DNA from: Auanema rhodensis
Taxonomy: Eukaryota; Animalia; Nematoda
Direction of reading: 5' to 3'
DNA: 64,000 bases
Assembly: GCA_964057225.1 (NCBI GenBank)
Contig: OZ059894.1
Location: 18,476,001 to 18,540,000 of the forward strand
Shown: one piece after another, positions 46,901-61,900 of the stretch
How positions within the stretch are numbered: the stretch's first letter is position 1
Layout: each line of letters opens with the position of its first letter
Notes under the pieces: model-generated
Seen by the model: only the letters and a program-made list of their open reading frames with translations
What the model was told of the DNA's origin: nothing
Database searches by the model: none
Translations under genes and position numbers: made by a program

Positions 46901-49900
46901 AGTTATGATCGTTTGAAAAATGATGCATTAGTGTATGTTGAGTTTCCATGTACACTCAACATTGCTTCCAAAAACATTTTGACAAAAATTTTTTCGAAAA
47001 ATTTCAAAATAATTTAGCAAAAAGTAGATGTTTTTAGATTCCTTTTTTCAAGGCAAAGACGATGGACAATGTTATTCAACGAAAAAATTAATTCTTCAGG
47101 GTGAAAATCGAGGATATAAGTGTGAACTTATATCAGTTGATATCTCGGTGCATTTTTAAGCTAGCGCAAATCTGATAACACAGATCGACGCAGCTTAACA
47201 ATCCGCACCGAATGCACTATACTACATTGAGAAACGCTTAAAACAAAAATTAGTTATGATCGTTTGAAAAATGATGCATTAGTGTATGTTGAGTTTCCAT
47301 GTACACTCAACATTGCTTCCAAAAACATTTTGACAAAAATTTTTTCGAAAAATTTCATAATAATTTAGCAAAAAGTAGATGTTTTTAGATTTCTTTTTTC
47401 AAGGCAAAGACGATGGACAATGTTATTCAACGAAAAAATTAATTCTTCAGGGTGAAAATCGAGGATATATGTGTGAACTTATATCAGTTGATATCTCGGT
47501 GTATTTTTAAGCTAGCGCAAATCTGTTAACACAGATCAACGCAGCTTAAAAATCCGCATCGAATGCACTATACTACATTGAGAAACGCTTAATACAAAAA
47601 TTAGTTATGATCGTTTGAAAAATGATGCATTAGTGTATGTTGAGTTTCCATGTACACTCAACATTGCTTCCAAAAACATTTTGACAAAAATTTTTTCGAA
47701 AAATTTCAAAATAATTTAGCAAAAAGTAGATGTTTTTAGATTCCTTTTTTCAAGGCAAAGACGATGGACAATGTTATTCAACGAAAAAATTAATTCTTCA
47801 GGGTGAAAATCGAGGATATAAGTGTGAACTTATATCAGTTGATATCTCGGTGCATTTTTAAGCTAGCGCAAATCTGTTAACACAGATCAACGCAGCTTAA
47901 AAATCCGCATCGAATGCACTATACTACATTGAGAAACGCTTAATACAAAAATTAGTTATGATCGTTTGAAAAATGATGCATTAGTGTATGTTGAGTTTCC
48001 ATGTACACTCAACATTGCTTCCAAAAACATTTTGACAAAAATTTTTTCGAAAAATTTCAAAATAATTTAGCAGAAAGTAGATGTTTTTAGATTCCTTTTT
48101 TCAAGGCAAAGACGATGGACAATGTTATTCAACGAAAAAATTAATTCTTCAGGGTGAAAATCGAGGATATAAGTGTGAACTTATATCAGTTGATATCTCG
48201 GTGCATTTTTAAGCTAGCGCAAATCTGTTAACACAGATCAACGCAGCTTAAAAATCCGCATCGAATGCACTATACTACATTGAGAAACGCTTAATACAAA
48301 AATTAGTTATGATCGTTTGAAAAATGATGCATTAGTGTATGTTGAGTTTCCATGTACACTCAACATTGCTTCCAAAAACATTTTGACAAAAATTTTTTCG
48401 AAAAATTTCAAAATAATTTAGCAAAAAGTAGATGTTTTTAGATTCCTTTTTTCAAGGCAAAGACGATGGACAATGTTATTCAACGAAAAAATTAATTCTT
48501 CAGGGTGAAAATCGAGGATATAAGTGTGAAGTTATATCAGTTGATATCTCGGTGCATTTTTAAGCTAGCGCAAATCTGTTAACACAGATCAACGCAGCTT
48601 AAAAATCCGCATCGAATGCACTATACTACATTGAGAAACGCTTAATACAAAAATTAGTTATGATCGTTTGAAAAATGATGCATTAGTGTATGTTGAGTTT
48701 CCATGTACACTCAACATTGCTTCCAAAAACATTTTGACAAAAATTTTTTCGAAAAATTTCAAAATAATTTAGCAAAAAGTAGATGTTTTTAGATTCCTTT
48801 TTTCAAGGCAAAGACGATGGACAATGTTATTCAACGAAAAAATTAATTCTTCAGGGTGAAAATCGAGGATATAAGTGTGAACTTATATCAGTTGATATCT
48901 CGGTGCATTTTTAAGCTAGCGCAAATCTGTTAACACAGATCAACGCAGCTTAAAAATCCGCATCGAATGCACTATACTACATTGAGAAACGCTTAATACA
49001 AAAATTAGTTATGATCGTTTGAAAAATGATGCATTAGTGTATGTTGAGTTTCCATGTACACTCAACATTGCTTCCAAAAACATTTTGACAAAAATTTTTT
49101 CGAAAAATTTCAAAATAATTTAGCAAAAAGTAGATGTTTTTAGATTCCTTTTTTCAAGGCAAAGACGATGGACAATGTTATTCAACGAAAAAATTAATTC
49201 TTCAGGGTGAAAATCGAGGATATAAGTGTGAACTTATATCAGTTGATATCTCGGTGCATTTTTAAGCTAGCGCAAATCTGTTAACACAGATCAACGCAGC
49301 TTAAAAATCCGCATCGAATGCACTATACTACATTGAGAAACGCTTAATACAAAAATTAGTTATGATCGTTTGAAAAATGATGCATTAGTGTATGTTGAGT
49401 TTCCATGTACACTCAACATTGCTTCCAAAAACATTTTGACAAAAATTTTTTCGAAAAATTTCAAAATAATTTAGCAGAAAGTAGATGTTTTTAGATTCCT
49501 TTTTTCAAGGCAAAGACGATGGACAATGTTATTCAACGAAAAAATTAATTCTTCAGGGTGAAAATCGAGGATATAAGTGTGAACTTATATCAGTTGATAT
49601 CTCGGTGCATTTTTAAGCTAGCGCAAATCTGTTAACACAGATCAACGCAGCTTAAAAATCCGCATCGAATGCACTATACTACATTGAGAAACGCTTAATA
49701 CAAAAATTAGTTATGATCGTTTGAAAAATGATGCATTAGTGTATGTTGAGTTTCCATGTACACTCAACATTGCTTCCAAAAACATTTTGACAAAAATTTT
49801 TTCGAAAAATTTCATAATAATTTAGCAAAAAGTAGATGTTTTTAGATTTCTTTTTTCAAGGCAAAGACGATGGACAATGTTATTCAACGAAAAAATTAAT

Positions 49901-52900
49901 TCTTCAGGGTGAAAATCGAGGATATATGTGTGAACTTATATCAGTTGATATCTCGGTGTATTTTTAAGCTAGCGCAAATCTGTTAACACAGATCAACGCA
50001 GCTTAAAAATCCGCATCGAATGCACTATACTACATTGAGAAACGCTTAATACAAAAATTAGTTATGATCGTTTGAAAAATGATGCATTAGTGTATGTTGA
50101 GTTTCCATGTACACTCAACATTGCTTCCAAAAACATTTTGACAAAAATTTTTCGAAAAATTTCAAAATAATTTAGCAAAAAGTAGATGTTTTTAGATTCC
50201 TTTTTTCAAGGCAAAGACGATGGACAATGTTATTCAACGAAAAAATTAATTCTTCAGGGTGAAAATCGAGGATATAAGTGTGAACTTATATCAGTTGATA
50301 TCTCGGTGCATTTTTAAGCTAGCGCAAATCTGATAACACAGATCGACGCAGCTTAAAAATCCGCATCGAATGCACTATACTACATTGAGAAACGCTTAAT
50401 ACAAAAATTAGTTATGATCGTTTGAAAAATGATGCATTAGTGTATGTTGAGTTTCCATGTACACTCAACATTGCTTCCAAAAACATTTTGACAAAAATTT
50501 TTTCGAAAAATTTCGAAATAATTTAGCAAAATGTAGATGTTTTTAGATTCCTTTTTTCAAGGCAAAGACGATGGACAATGTTATTCAACGAAAAAATTAA
50601 TTCTTCAGGGTGAAAATCGAGGATATAAGTGTGAACTTATATCAGTTGATATCTCGGTGCATTTTTAAGCTAGCGCAAATCTGTTAACACAGATCAACGC
50701 AGCTTAAAAATCCGCATCGAATGCACTATACTACATTGAGAAACGCTTAATACAAAAATTAGTTATGATCGTTTGAAAAATGATGCATTAGTGTATGTTG
50801 AGTTTCCATGTACACTCAACATTGCTTCCAAAAACATTTTGACAAAAATTTTTTCGAAAAATTTCAAAATAATTTAGCAAAAAGTAGATGTTTTTAGATT
50901 CCTTTTTTCAAGGCAAAGACGATGGACAATGTTATTCAACGAAAAAATTAATTCTTCAGGGTGAAAATCGAGGATATAAGTGTGAACTTATATCAGTTGA
51001 TATCTCTCGGTGCATTTTTAAGCTAGCGCAAATCTGTTAACACAGATCAACGCAGCTTAAAAATCCGCATCGAATGCACTATACTACATTGAGAAACGCT
51101 TAAAACAAAAATTAGTTATGATCGTTTGAAAAATGATGCATTAGTGTATGTTGAGTTTCCATGTACACTCAACATTGCTTCCAAAAACATTTTGACAAAA
51201 ATTTTTTCGAAAAATTTCAAAATAATTTAGCAAAAAGTAGATGTTTTTAGATTCCTTTTTTCAAGGCAAAGACGATGGACAATGTTATTCAACGAAAAAA
51301 TTAATTCTTCAGGGTGAAAATCGAGGATATAAGTGTGAACTTATATCAGTTGATATCTCGGTGTATTTTTAAGCTAGCGCAAATCTGTTAACACAGATCA
51401 ACGCAGCTTAAAAATCCGCATCGAATGCACTATACTACATTGAGAAACGCTTAATACAAAATTTAGTTATGATCGTTTGAAAAATGATGCATTAGTGTAT
51501 GTTGAGTTTCCATGTACACTCAACATTGCTTCCAAAAACATTTTGACAAAAATTTTTTCGAAAAATTTCAAAATAATTTAGCAAAAAGTAGATGTTTTTA
51601 GATTCCTTTTTTTCAAGGCAAAGACGATGGACAATGTTACTCAACGAAAAAATTAATTCTTCAGGGTGAAAATCGAGGATATAAGTGTGAACTTATATCA
51701 GTTGATATCTCGGTGCATTTTTAAGCTAGCGCAAATCTGATAACACAGATCAACGCAGCTTAAAAATCCGCATCGAATGCACTATACTACATTGAGAAAC
51801 GCTTAAAACAAAAATTAGTTATGATCGTTTGAAAAATGATGCATTAGTGTATGTTGAGTTTCCATGTACACTCAACATTGCTTCCAAAAACATTTTGACA
51901 AAAATTTTTTCGAAAAATTTCAAAATAATTTAGCAAAAAGTAGATGTTTTTAGATTCCTTTTTTCAAGGCAAAGACGATGGACAATGTTATTCAACGAAA
52001 AAATTAATTCTTCAGGGTGAAAATCGAGGATATAAGTGTGAACTTATATCAGTTGATATCTCGGTGCATTTTTAAGCTAGCGCAAATCTGATAACACAGA
52101 TCGACGCAGCTTAAAAATCCGCACCGAATGCACTATACTACATTGAGAAACGCTTAATACAAAAATTAGTTATGATCGTTTGAAAAATGATGCATTAGTG
52201 TATGTTGAGTTTCCATTTACACTCAACATTGCTTCCAAAAACATTTTGACAAAAATTTTTTCGAAAAATTTCAAAATAATTTAGCAAAAAGTAGATGTTT
52301 TTAGATTCCTTTTTTCAAGGCAAAGACGAGGGACAATGTTATTCAACGAAAAAATTAATTCTTCAGGGTGAAAATCGAGGATATAAGTGTGAACTTATAT
52401 CAGTTGATATCTCTCGGTGCATTTTTAAGCTAGCGCAAATCTGATAACACAGATCAACGCAGCTTAAAAATCCGCATCGAATGCACTATACTACATTGAG
52501 AAACGCTTAAAACAAAAATTAGTTATGATCGTTTGAAAAATGATGCATTAGTGTATGTTGAGTTTCCATGTACACTCAACATTGCTTCCAAAAACATTTT
52601 GACAAAAATTTTTTCGAAAAATTTCAAAATAATTTAGCAAAAAGTAGATGTTTTTAGATTCCTTTTTTCAAGGCAAAGACGATGGACAATGTTATTCAAC
52701 GAAAAAATTAATTCTTCAGGGTGAAAATCGAGGATATAAGTGTGAACTTATATCAGTTGATATCTCGGTGCATTTTTAAGCTAGCGCAAATCTGATAACA
52801 CAGATCGACGCAGCTTAAAAATCCGCACCGAATGCACTATACTACATTGAGAAACGCTTAAAACAAAAATTAGTTATGATCGTTTGAAAAATGATGCATT

Positions 52901-55900
52901 AGTGTATGTTGAGTTTCCATGTACACTCAACATTGCTTCCAAAAACATTTTGACAAAAATTTTTTCGAAAAATTTCAAAATAATTTAGCAAAAAGTAGAT
53001 GTTTTTAGATTCCTTTTTTCAAGGCAAAGACGATGGACAATGTTATTCAACGAAAAAATTAATTCTTCAGGGTGAAAATCGAGGATATAAGTGTGAACTT
53101 ATATCAGTTGATATCTCTCGGTGCATTTTTAAGCTAGCGCAAATCTGATAACACAGATCAACGCAGCTTAAAAATCCGCATCGAATGCACTATACTACAT
53201 TGAGAAACGCTTAAAACAAAAATTAGTTATGATCGTTTGAAAAATGATGCATTAGTGTATGTTGAGTTTCCATGTACACTCAACATTGCTTCCAAAAACA
53301 TTTTGACAAAAATTTTTTCGAAAAATTTCAAAATAATTTAGCAAAAAGTAGATGTTTTTAGATTCCTTTTTTCAAGGCAAAGACGATGGACAATGTTATT
53401 CAACGAAAAAATTAATTCTTCAGGGTGAAAATCGAGGATATAAGTGTGAACTTATATCAGTTGATATCTCGGTGCATTTTTAAGCTAGCGCAAATCTGAT
53501 AACACAGATCGACGCAGCTTAAAAATCCGCACCGAATGCACTATACTACATTGAGAAACGCTTAAAACAAAAATTAGTTATGATCGTTTGAAAAATGATG
53601 CATTAGTGTATGTTGAGTTTCCATGTACACTCAACATTGCTTCCAAAAACATTTTGACAAAAATTTTTTCGAAAAATTTCAAAATAATTTAGCAAAAAGT
53701 AGATGTTTTTAGATTCCTTTTTTCAAGGCAAAGACGATGGACAATGTTATTCAACGAAAAAATTAATTCTTCAGGGTGAAAATCGAGGATATAAGTGTGA
53801 ACTTATATCAGTTGATATCTCTCGGTGCATTTTTAAGCTAGCGCAAATCTGATAACACAGATCAACGCAGCTTAAAAATCCGCATCGAATGCACTATACT
53901 ACATTGAGAAACGCTTAAAACAAAAATTAGTTATGATCGTTTGAAAAATGATGCATTAGTGTATGTTGAGTTTCCATGTACACTCAACATTGCTTCCAAA
54001 AACATTTTGACAAAAATTTTTTCGAAAAATTTCAAAATAATTTAGCAAAAAGTAGATGTTTTTAGATTCCTTTTTTCAAGGCAAAGACGATGGACAATGT
54101 TATTCAACGAAAAAATTAATTCTTCAGGGTGAAAATCGAGGATATAAGTGTGAACTTATATCAGTTGATATCTCGGTGCATTTTTAAGCTAGCGCAAATC
54201 TGATAACACAGATCGACGCAGCTTAAAAATCCGCACCGAATGCACTATACTACATTGAGAAACGCTTAATACAAAAATTAGTTATGATCGTTTGAAAAAT
54301 GATGCATTAGTGTATGTTGAGTTTCCATGTACACTCAACATTGCTTCCAAAAACATTTTGACAAAAATTTTTTCGAAAAATTTCAAAATAATTTAGCAAA
54401 AAGTAGATGTTTTTAGATTCCTTTTTTCAAGGCAAAGACGATGGACAATGTTATTCAACGAAAAAATTAATTCTTCAGGGTGAAAATCGAGGATATAAGT
54501 GTGAACTTATATCAGTTGATATCTCTCGGTGCATTTTTAAGCTAGCGCAAATCTGATAACACAGATCAACGCAGCTTAAAAATCCGCATCGAATTCACTA
54601 TACTACATTGAGAAACGCTTAAAACAAAAATTAGTTATGATCGTTTGAAAAATGATGCATTAGTGTATGTTGAGTTTCCATGTACACTCAACATTGCTTC
54701 CAAAAACATTTTGACAAAAATTTTTTCGAAAAATTTCAAAATAATTTAGCAAAAAGTAGATGTTTTTAGATTCCTTTTTTCAAGGCAAAGACGATGGACA
54801 ATGTTATTCAACGAAAAAATTAATTCTTCAGGGTGAAAATCGAGGATATAAGTGTGAACTTATATCAGTTGATATCTCGGTGCATTTTTAAGCTAGCGCA
54901 AATCTGATAACACAGATCGACGCAGCTTAAAAATCCGCACCGAATGCACTATACTACATTGAGAAACGCTTAAAACAAAAATTAGTTATGATCGTTTGAA
55001 AAATGATGCATTAGTGTATGTTGAGTTTCCATGTACACTCAACATTGCTTCCAAAAACATTTTGACAAAAATTTTTTCGAAAAATTTCAAAATAATTTAG
55101 CAAAAAGTAGATGTTTTTAGATTCCTTTTTTCAAGGCAAAGACGATGGACAATGTTATTCAACGAAAAAATTAATTCTTCAGGGTGAAAATCGAGGATAT
55201 AAGTGTGAACTTATATCAGTTGATATCTCGGTGCATTTTTAAGCTAGCGCAAATCTGATAACACAGATCGACGCAGCTTAAAAATCCGCACCGAATGCAC
55301 TATACTACATTGAGAAACGCTTAAAACAAAAATTAGTTATGATCGTTTGAAAAATGATGCATTAGTGTATGTTGAGTTTCCATGTACACTCAACATTGCT
55401 TCCAAAAACATTTTGACAAAAATTTTTTCGAAAAATTTCAAAATAATTTAGCAAAAAGTAGATGTTTTTAGATTCCTTTTTTCAAGGCAAAGACGATGGA
55501 CAATGTTATTCAACGAAAAAATTAATTCTTCAGGGTGAAAATCGAGGATATAAGTGTGAACTTATATCAGTTGATATCTCGGTGCATTTTTAAGCTAGCG
55601 CAAATCTGTTAACACAGATCAACGCAGCTTAAAAATCCGCATCGAATGCACTATACTACATTGAGAAACGCTTAATACAAAAATTAGTTATGATCGTTTG
55701 AAAAATGATGCATTAGTGTATGTTGAGTTTCCATGTACACTCAACATTGCTTCCAAAAACATTTGACAAAAATTTTTTCGAAAAATTTCAAAATAATTTA
55801 GCAAAAAGTAGATGTTTTTAGATTCCTTTTTTCAAGGCAAAGACGATGGACAATGTTATTCAACGAAAAAATTAATTCTTCAGGGTGAAAATCGAGGATA

Positions 55901-58900
55901 TAAGTGTGAACTTATATCAGTTGATATCTCTCGGTGCATTTTTAAGCTAGCGCAAATCTGTTAACACAGATCAACGCAGCTTAAAAATCCGCATCGAATG
56001 CACTATACTACATTGAGAAACGCTTAAAACAAAAATTAGTTATGATCGTTTGAAAAATGATGCATTAGTGTATGTTGAGTTTCCATGTACACTCAACATT
56101 GCTTCCAAAAACATTTTGACAAAAATTTTTTCGAAAAATTTCAAAATAATTTAGCAAAAAGTAGATGTTTTTAGATTCCTTTTTTCAAGGCAAAGACGAT
56201 GGACAATGTTATTCAACGAAAAATTAATTCTTCAGGGTGAAAATCGAGGATATAAGTGTGAACTTATATCAATTGATATCTCGGTGTATTTTTAAGCTAG
56301 CGCAAATCTGTTAACACAGATCAACGCAGCTTAAAAATCCGCATCGAATGCACTATACTACATTGAGAAACGCTTAATACAAAATTTAGTTATGATCGTT
56401 TGAAAAATGATGCATTAGTGTATGTTGAGTTTCCATGTACACTCAACATTGCTTCCAAAAACATTTTGACAAAAATTTTTTCGAAAAATTTCAAAATAAT
56501 TTAGCAAAAAGTAGATGTTTTTAGATTCCTTTTTTTCAAGGCAAAGACGATGGACAATGTTATTCAACGAAAAAATTAATTCTTCAGGGTGAAAATCGAG
56601 GATATAAGTGTGAACTTATATCAGTTGATATCTCGGTGCATTTTTAAGCTAGCGCAAATCTGATAACACAGATCAACGCAGCTTAAAAATCCGCATCGAA
56701 TGCACTATACTACATTGAGAAACGCTTAAAACAAAAATTAGTTATGATCGTTTGAAAAATGATGCATTAGTGTATGTTGAGTTTCCATGTACACTCAACA
56801 TTGCTTCCAAAAACATTTTGACAAAAATTTTTTCGAAAAATTTCAAAATAATTTAGCAAAAAGTAGATGTTTTTAGATTCCTTTTTTCAAGGCAAAGACG
56901 ATGGACAATGTTATTCAACGAAAAAATTAATTCTTCAGGGTGAAAATCGAGGATATAAGTGTGAACTTATATCAGTTGATATCTCTCGGTGCATTTTTAA
57001 GCTAGCGCAAATCTGTTAACACAGATCAACGCAGCTTAAAAATCCGCATCGAATGCACTATACTACATTGAGAAACGCTTAAAACAAAAATTAGTTATGA
57101 TCGTTTGAAAAATGATGCATTAGTGTATGTTGAGTTTCCATGTACACTCAACATTGCTTCCAAAAACATTTTGACAAAAATTTTTTCGAAAAATTTCAAA
57201 ATAATTTAGCAAAAAGTAGATGTTTTTAGATTCCTTTTTTCAAGGCAAAGACGATGGACAATGTTATTCAACGAAAAAATTAATTCTTCAGGGTGAAAAT
57301 CGAGGATATAAGTGTGAACATATATCAGTTGATATCTCGGTGCATTTTTAAGCTAGCGCAAATCTGTTAACACAGATCAACGCAGCTTAAAAATCCGCAT
57401 CGAATGCACTATACTACATTGAGAAACGCTTAATACAAAAATTAGTTATGATCGTTTGAAAAATGATGCATTAGTGTATGTTGAGTTTCCATGTACACTC
57501 AACATTGCTTCCAAAAACATTTTGACAAAAATTTTTTCGAAAAATTTCAAAATAATTTAGCAAAAAGTAGAAGTTTTTAGATTCCTTTTTTCAAGGCAAA
57601 GACGATGGACAATGTTATTCAACGAAAAAATTAATTCTTCAGGGTGAAAATCGAGGATATAAGTGTGAACTTATATCAGTTGATATCTCGGTGCATTTTT
57701 AAGCTAGCGCAAATCTGTTAACACAGATCAACGCAGCTTAAAAATCCGCATCGAATGCACTATACTACATTGAGAAACGCTTAATACAAAAATTAGTTAT
57801 GATCGTTTGAAAAATGATGCATTAGTGTATGTTGAGTTTCCATGTACACTCAACATTGCTTCCAAAAACATTTTGACAAAAATTTTTTCGAAAAATTTCA
57901 AAATAATTTAGCAAAAAGTAGATGTTTTTAGATTCCTTTTTTCAAGGCAAAAACGATGGACAATGTTATTCAACGAAAAAATTAATTCTTCAGGGTGAAA
58001 ATCGAGGATATAAGTGTGAACTTATATCAGTTGATATCTCGGTGCATTTTTAAGCTAGCGCAAATCTGTTAACACAGATCAACGCAGCTTAAAAATCCGC
58101 ATCGAATGCACTATACTACATTGAGAAACGCTTAATACAAAAATTAGTTATGATCGTTTGAAAAATGATGCATTAGTGTATGTTGAGTTTCCATGTACAC
58201 TCAACATTGCTTCCAAAAACATTTTGACAAAAATTTTTTCGAAAAATTTCAAAATAATTTAGCAAAAAGTAGATGTTTTTAGATTCCTTTTTTCAAGGCA
58301 AAGACGATGGACAATGTTATTCAACGAAAAAATTAATTCTTCAGGGTGAAAATCGAGGATATAAGTGTGAACTTATATCAGTTGATATCTCGGTGCATTT
58401 TTAAGCTAGCGCAAATCTGTTAACACAGATCAACGCAGCTTAAAAATCCGCATCGAATGCACTATACTACATTGAGAAACGCTTAATACAAAAATTAGTT
58501 ATGATCGTTTGAAAAATGATGCATTAGTGTATGTTGAGTTTCCATGTACACTCAACATTGCTTCCAAAAACATTTTGACAAAAATTTTTTCGAAAAATTT
58601 CAAAATAATTTAGCAAAAAGTAGATGTTTTTAGATTCCTTTTTTCAAGGCAAAGACGATGGACAATGATATTCAACGAAAAAATTAATTCTTCAGGGTGA
58701 AAATCGAGGATATAAGTGTGAACTTATATCAGTTGATATCTCGGTGCATTTTTAAGCTAGCGCAAATCTGATAACACAGATCGACGCAGCTTAAAAATCC
58801 GCACCGAATGCACTATACTACATTGAGAAACGCTTAAAACAAAAATTAGTTATGATCGTTTGAAAAATGATGCATTAGTGTATGTTGAGTTTCCATGTAC

Positions 58901-61900
58901 ACTCAACATTGCTTCCAAAAACATTTTGACAAAAATTTTTTCGAAAAATTTCAAAATAATTTAGCAAAAAGTAGATGTTTTTAGATTCCTTTTTTCAAGG
59001 CAAAGACGATGGACAATGTTATTCAACGAAAAAATTAATTCTTCAGGGTGAAAATCGAGGATATAAGTGTGAACTTATATCAGTTGATATCTCGGTGCAT
59101 TTTTAAGCTAGCGCAAATCTGTTAACACAGATCAACGCAGCTTAAAAATCCGCATCGAATGCACTATACTACATTGAGAAACGCTTAATACAAAAATTAG
59201 TTATGATTGTTTGAAAAATGATGCATTAGTGTATGTTGAGTTTCCATGTACACTCAACATTGCTTCCAAAAACATTTTGACAAAAATTTTTTCGAAAAAT
59301 TTCAAAATAATTTAGCAAAAAGTAGATGTTTTTAGATTCCTTTTTTCAAGGCAAAGACGATGGACAATGTTATTCAACGAAAAAATTAATTCTTCAGGGT
59401 GAAAATCGAGGATATAAGTGTGAACTTATATCAGTTGATATCTCTCGGTGCATTTTTAAGCTAGCGCAAATCTGTTAACACAGATCAACGCAGCTTAAAA
59501 ATCCGCATCGAATGCACTATACTACATTGAGAAACGCTTAATACAAAAATTAGTTATGATCGTTTGAAAAATGATGCATTAGTGTATGTTGAGTTTCCAT
59601 GTACACTCAACATTGCTTCCAAAAACATTTTGACAAAAATTTTTTCGAAAAATTTCAAAATAATTTAGCAAAAAGTAGATGTTTTTAGATTCCTTTTTTC
59701 AAGGCAAAGACGATGGACAATGTTATTCAACGAAAAAATTAATTCTTCAGGGTGAAAATCGAGGATATAAGTGTGAACTTATATCAGTTGATATCTCTCG
59801 GTGCATTTTTAAGCTAGCGCAAATCTGTTAACACAGATCAACGCAGCTTAAAAATCCGCATCGAATGCACTATACTACATTGAGAAACGCTTAATACAAA
59901 AATTAGTTATGATCGTTTGAAAAATGATGCATTAGTGTATGTTGAGTTTCCATGTACACTCAACATTGCTTCCAAAAACATTTTGACAAAAATTTTTTCG
60001 AAAAATTTCAAAATAATTTAGCAAAAAGTAGATGTTTTTAGATTCCTTTTTTCAAGGCAAAGACGATGGACAATGTTATTCAACGAAAAAATTAATTCTT
60101 CAGGGTGAAAATCGAGGATATAAGTGTGAACTTATATCAGTTGATATCTCTCGGTGCATTTTTAAGCTAGCGCAAATCTGTTAACACAGATCAACGCAGC
60201 TTAAAAATCCGCATCGAATGCACTATACTACATTGAGAAACGCTTAATACAAAAATTAGTTATGATCGTTTGAAAAATGATGCATTAGTGTATGTTGAGT
60301 TTCCATGTACACTCAACATTGCTTCCAAAAACATTTTGACAAAAATTTTTTCGAAAAATTTCAAAATAATTTAGCAAAAAGTAGATGTTTTTAGATTCCT
60401 TTTTTCAAGGCAAAGACGATGGACAATGTTATTCAACGAAAAAATTAATTCTTCAGGGTGAAAATCGAGGATATAAGTGTGAACTTATATCAGTTGATAT
60501 CTCTCGGTGCATTTTTAAGCTAGCGCAAATCTGTTAACACAGATCAACGCAGCTTAAAAATCCGCATCGAATGCACTATACTACATTGAGAAACGCTTAA
60601 AACAAAAATTAGTTATGATCGTTTGAAAAATGATGCATTAGTGTATGTTGAGTTTCCATGTACACTCAACATTGCTTCCAAAAACATTTTGACAAAAATT
60701 TTTTCGAAAAATTTCAAAATAATTTAGCAAAAAGTAGATGTTTTTAGATTCCTTTTTTCAAGGCAAAGACGATGGACAATGTTATTCAACGAAAAAATTA
60801 ATTCTTCAGGGTGAAAATCGAGGATATAAGTGTGAACTTATATCAGTTGATATCTCGGTGCATTTTTAAGCTAGCGCAAATCTGTTAACACAGATCAACG
60901 CAGCTTAAAAATCCGCATCGAATGCACTATACTACATTGAGAAACGCTTAATACAAAATTTAGTTATGATCGTTTGAAAAATGATGCATTAGTGTATGTT
61001 CAGTTTCCATGTACACTCAACATTGCTTCCAAAAACATTTTGACAAAAATTTTTTCGAAAAATTTCAAAATAATTTAGCAAAAAGTAGATGTTTTTAGAT
61101 TCCTTTTTTCAAGGCAAAGACGATGGACAATGTTATTCAACGAAAAAATTAATTCTTCAGGGTGAAAATCGAGGATATAAGTGTGAACTTATATCAGTTG
61201 ATATCTCTCGGTGCATTTTTAAGCTAGCGCAAATCTGTTAACACAGATCAACGCAGCTTAAAAATCCGCATCGAATGCACTATACTACATTGAGAAACGC
61301 TTAATACAAAAATTAGTTATGATCGTTTGAAAAATGATGCATTAGTGTATGTTGAGTTTCCATGTACACTCAACATTGCTTCCAAAAACATTTTGACAAA
61401 AATTTTTTCGAAAAATTTCAAAATAATTTAGCAAAAAGTAGATGTTTTTAGATTCCTTTTTTCAAGGCAAAGACGATGGACAATGTTATTCAACGAAAAA
61501 ATTAATTCTTCAGGGTGAAAATCGAGGATATAAGTGTGAACTTATATCAGTTGATATCTCTCGGTGCATTTTTAAGCTAGCGCAAATCTGTTAACACAGA
61601 TCAACGCAGCTTAAAAATCCGCATCGAATGCACTATACTACATTGAGAAACGCTTAAAACAAAATTTAGTTATGATCGTTTGAAAAATGATGCATTAGTG
61701 TATGTTGAGTTTCCATGTACACTCAACATTGCTTCCAAAAACATTTTGACAAAAATTTTTTCGAAAAATTTCAAAATAATTTAGCAAAAAGTAGATGTTT
61801 TTAGATTCCTTTTTTCAAGGCAAAGACGATGGACAATGTTATTCAACGAAAAAATTAATTCTTCAGGGTGAAAATCGAGGATATAAGTGTGAACTTATAT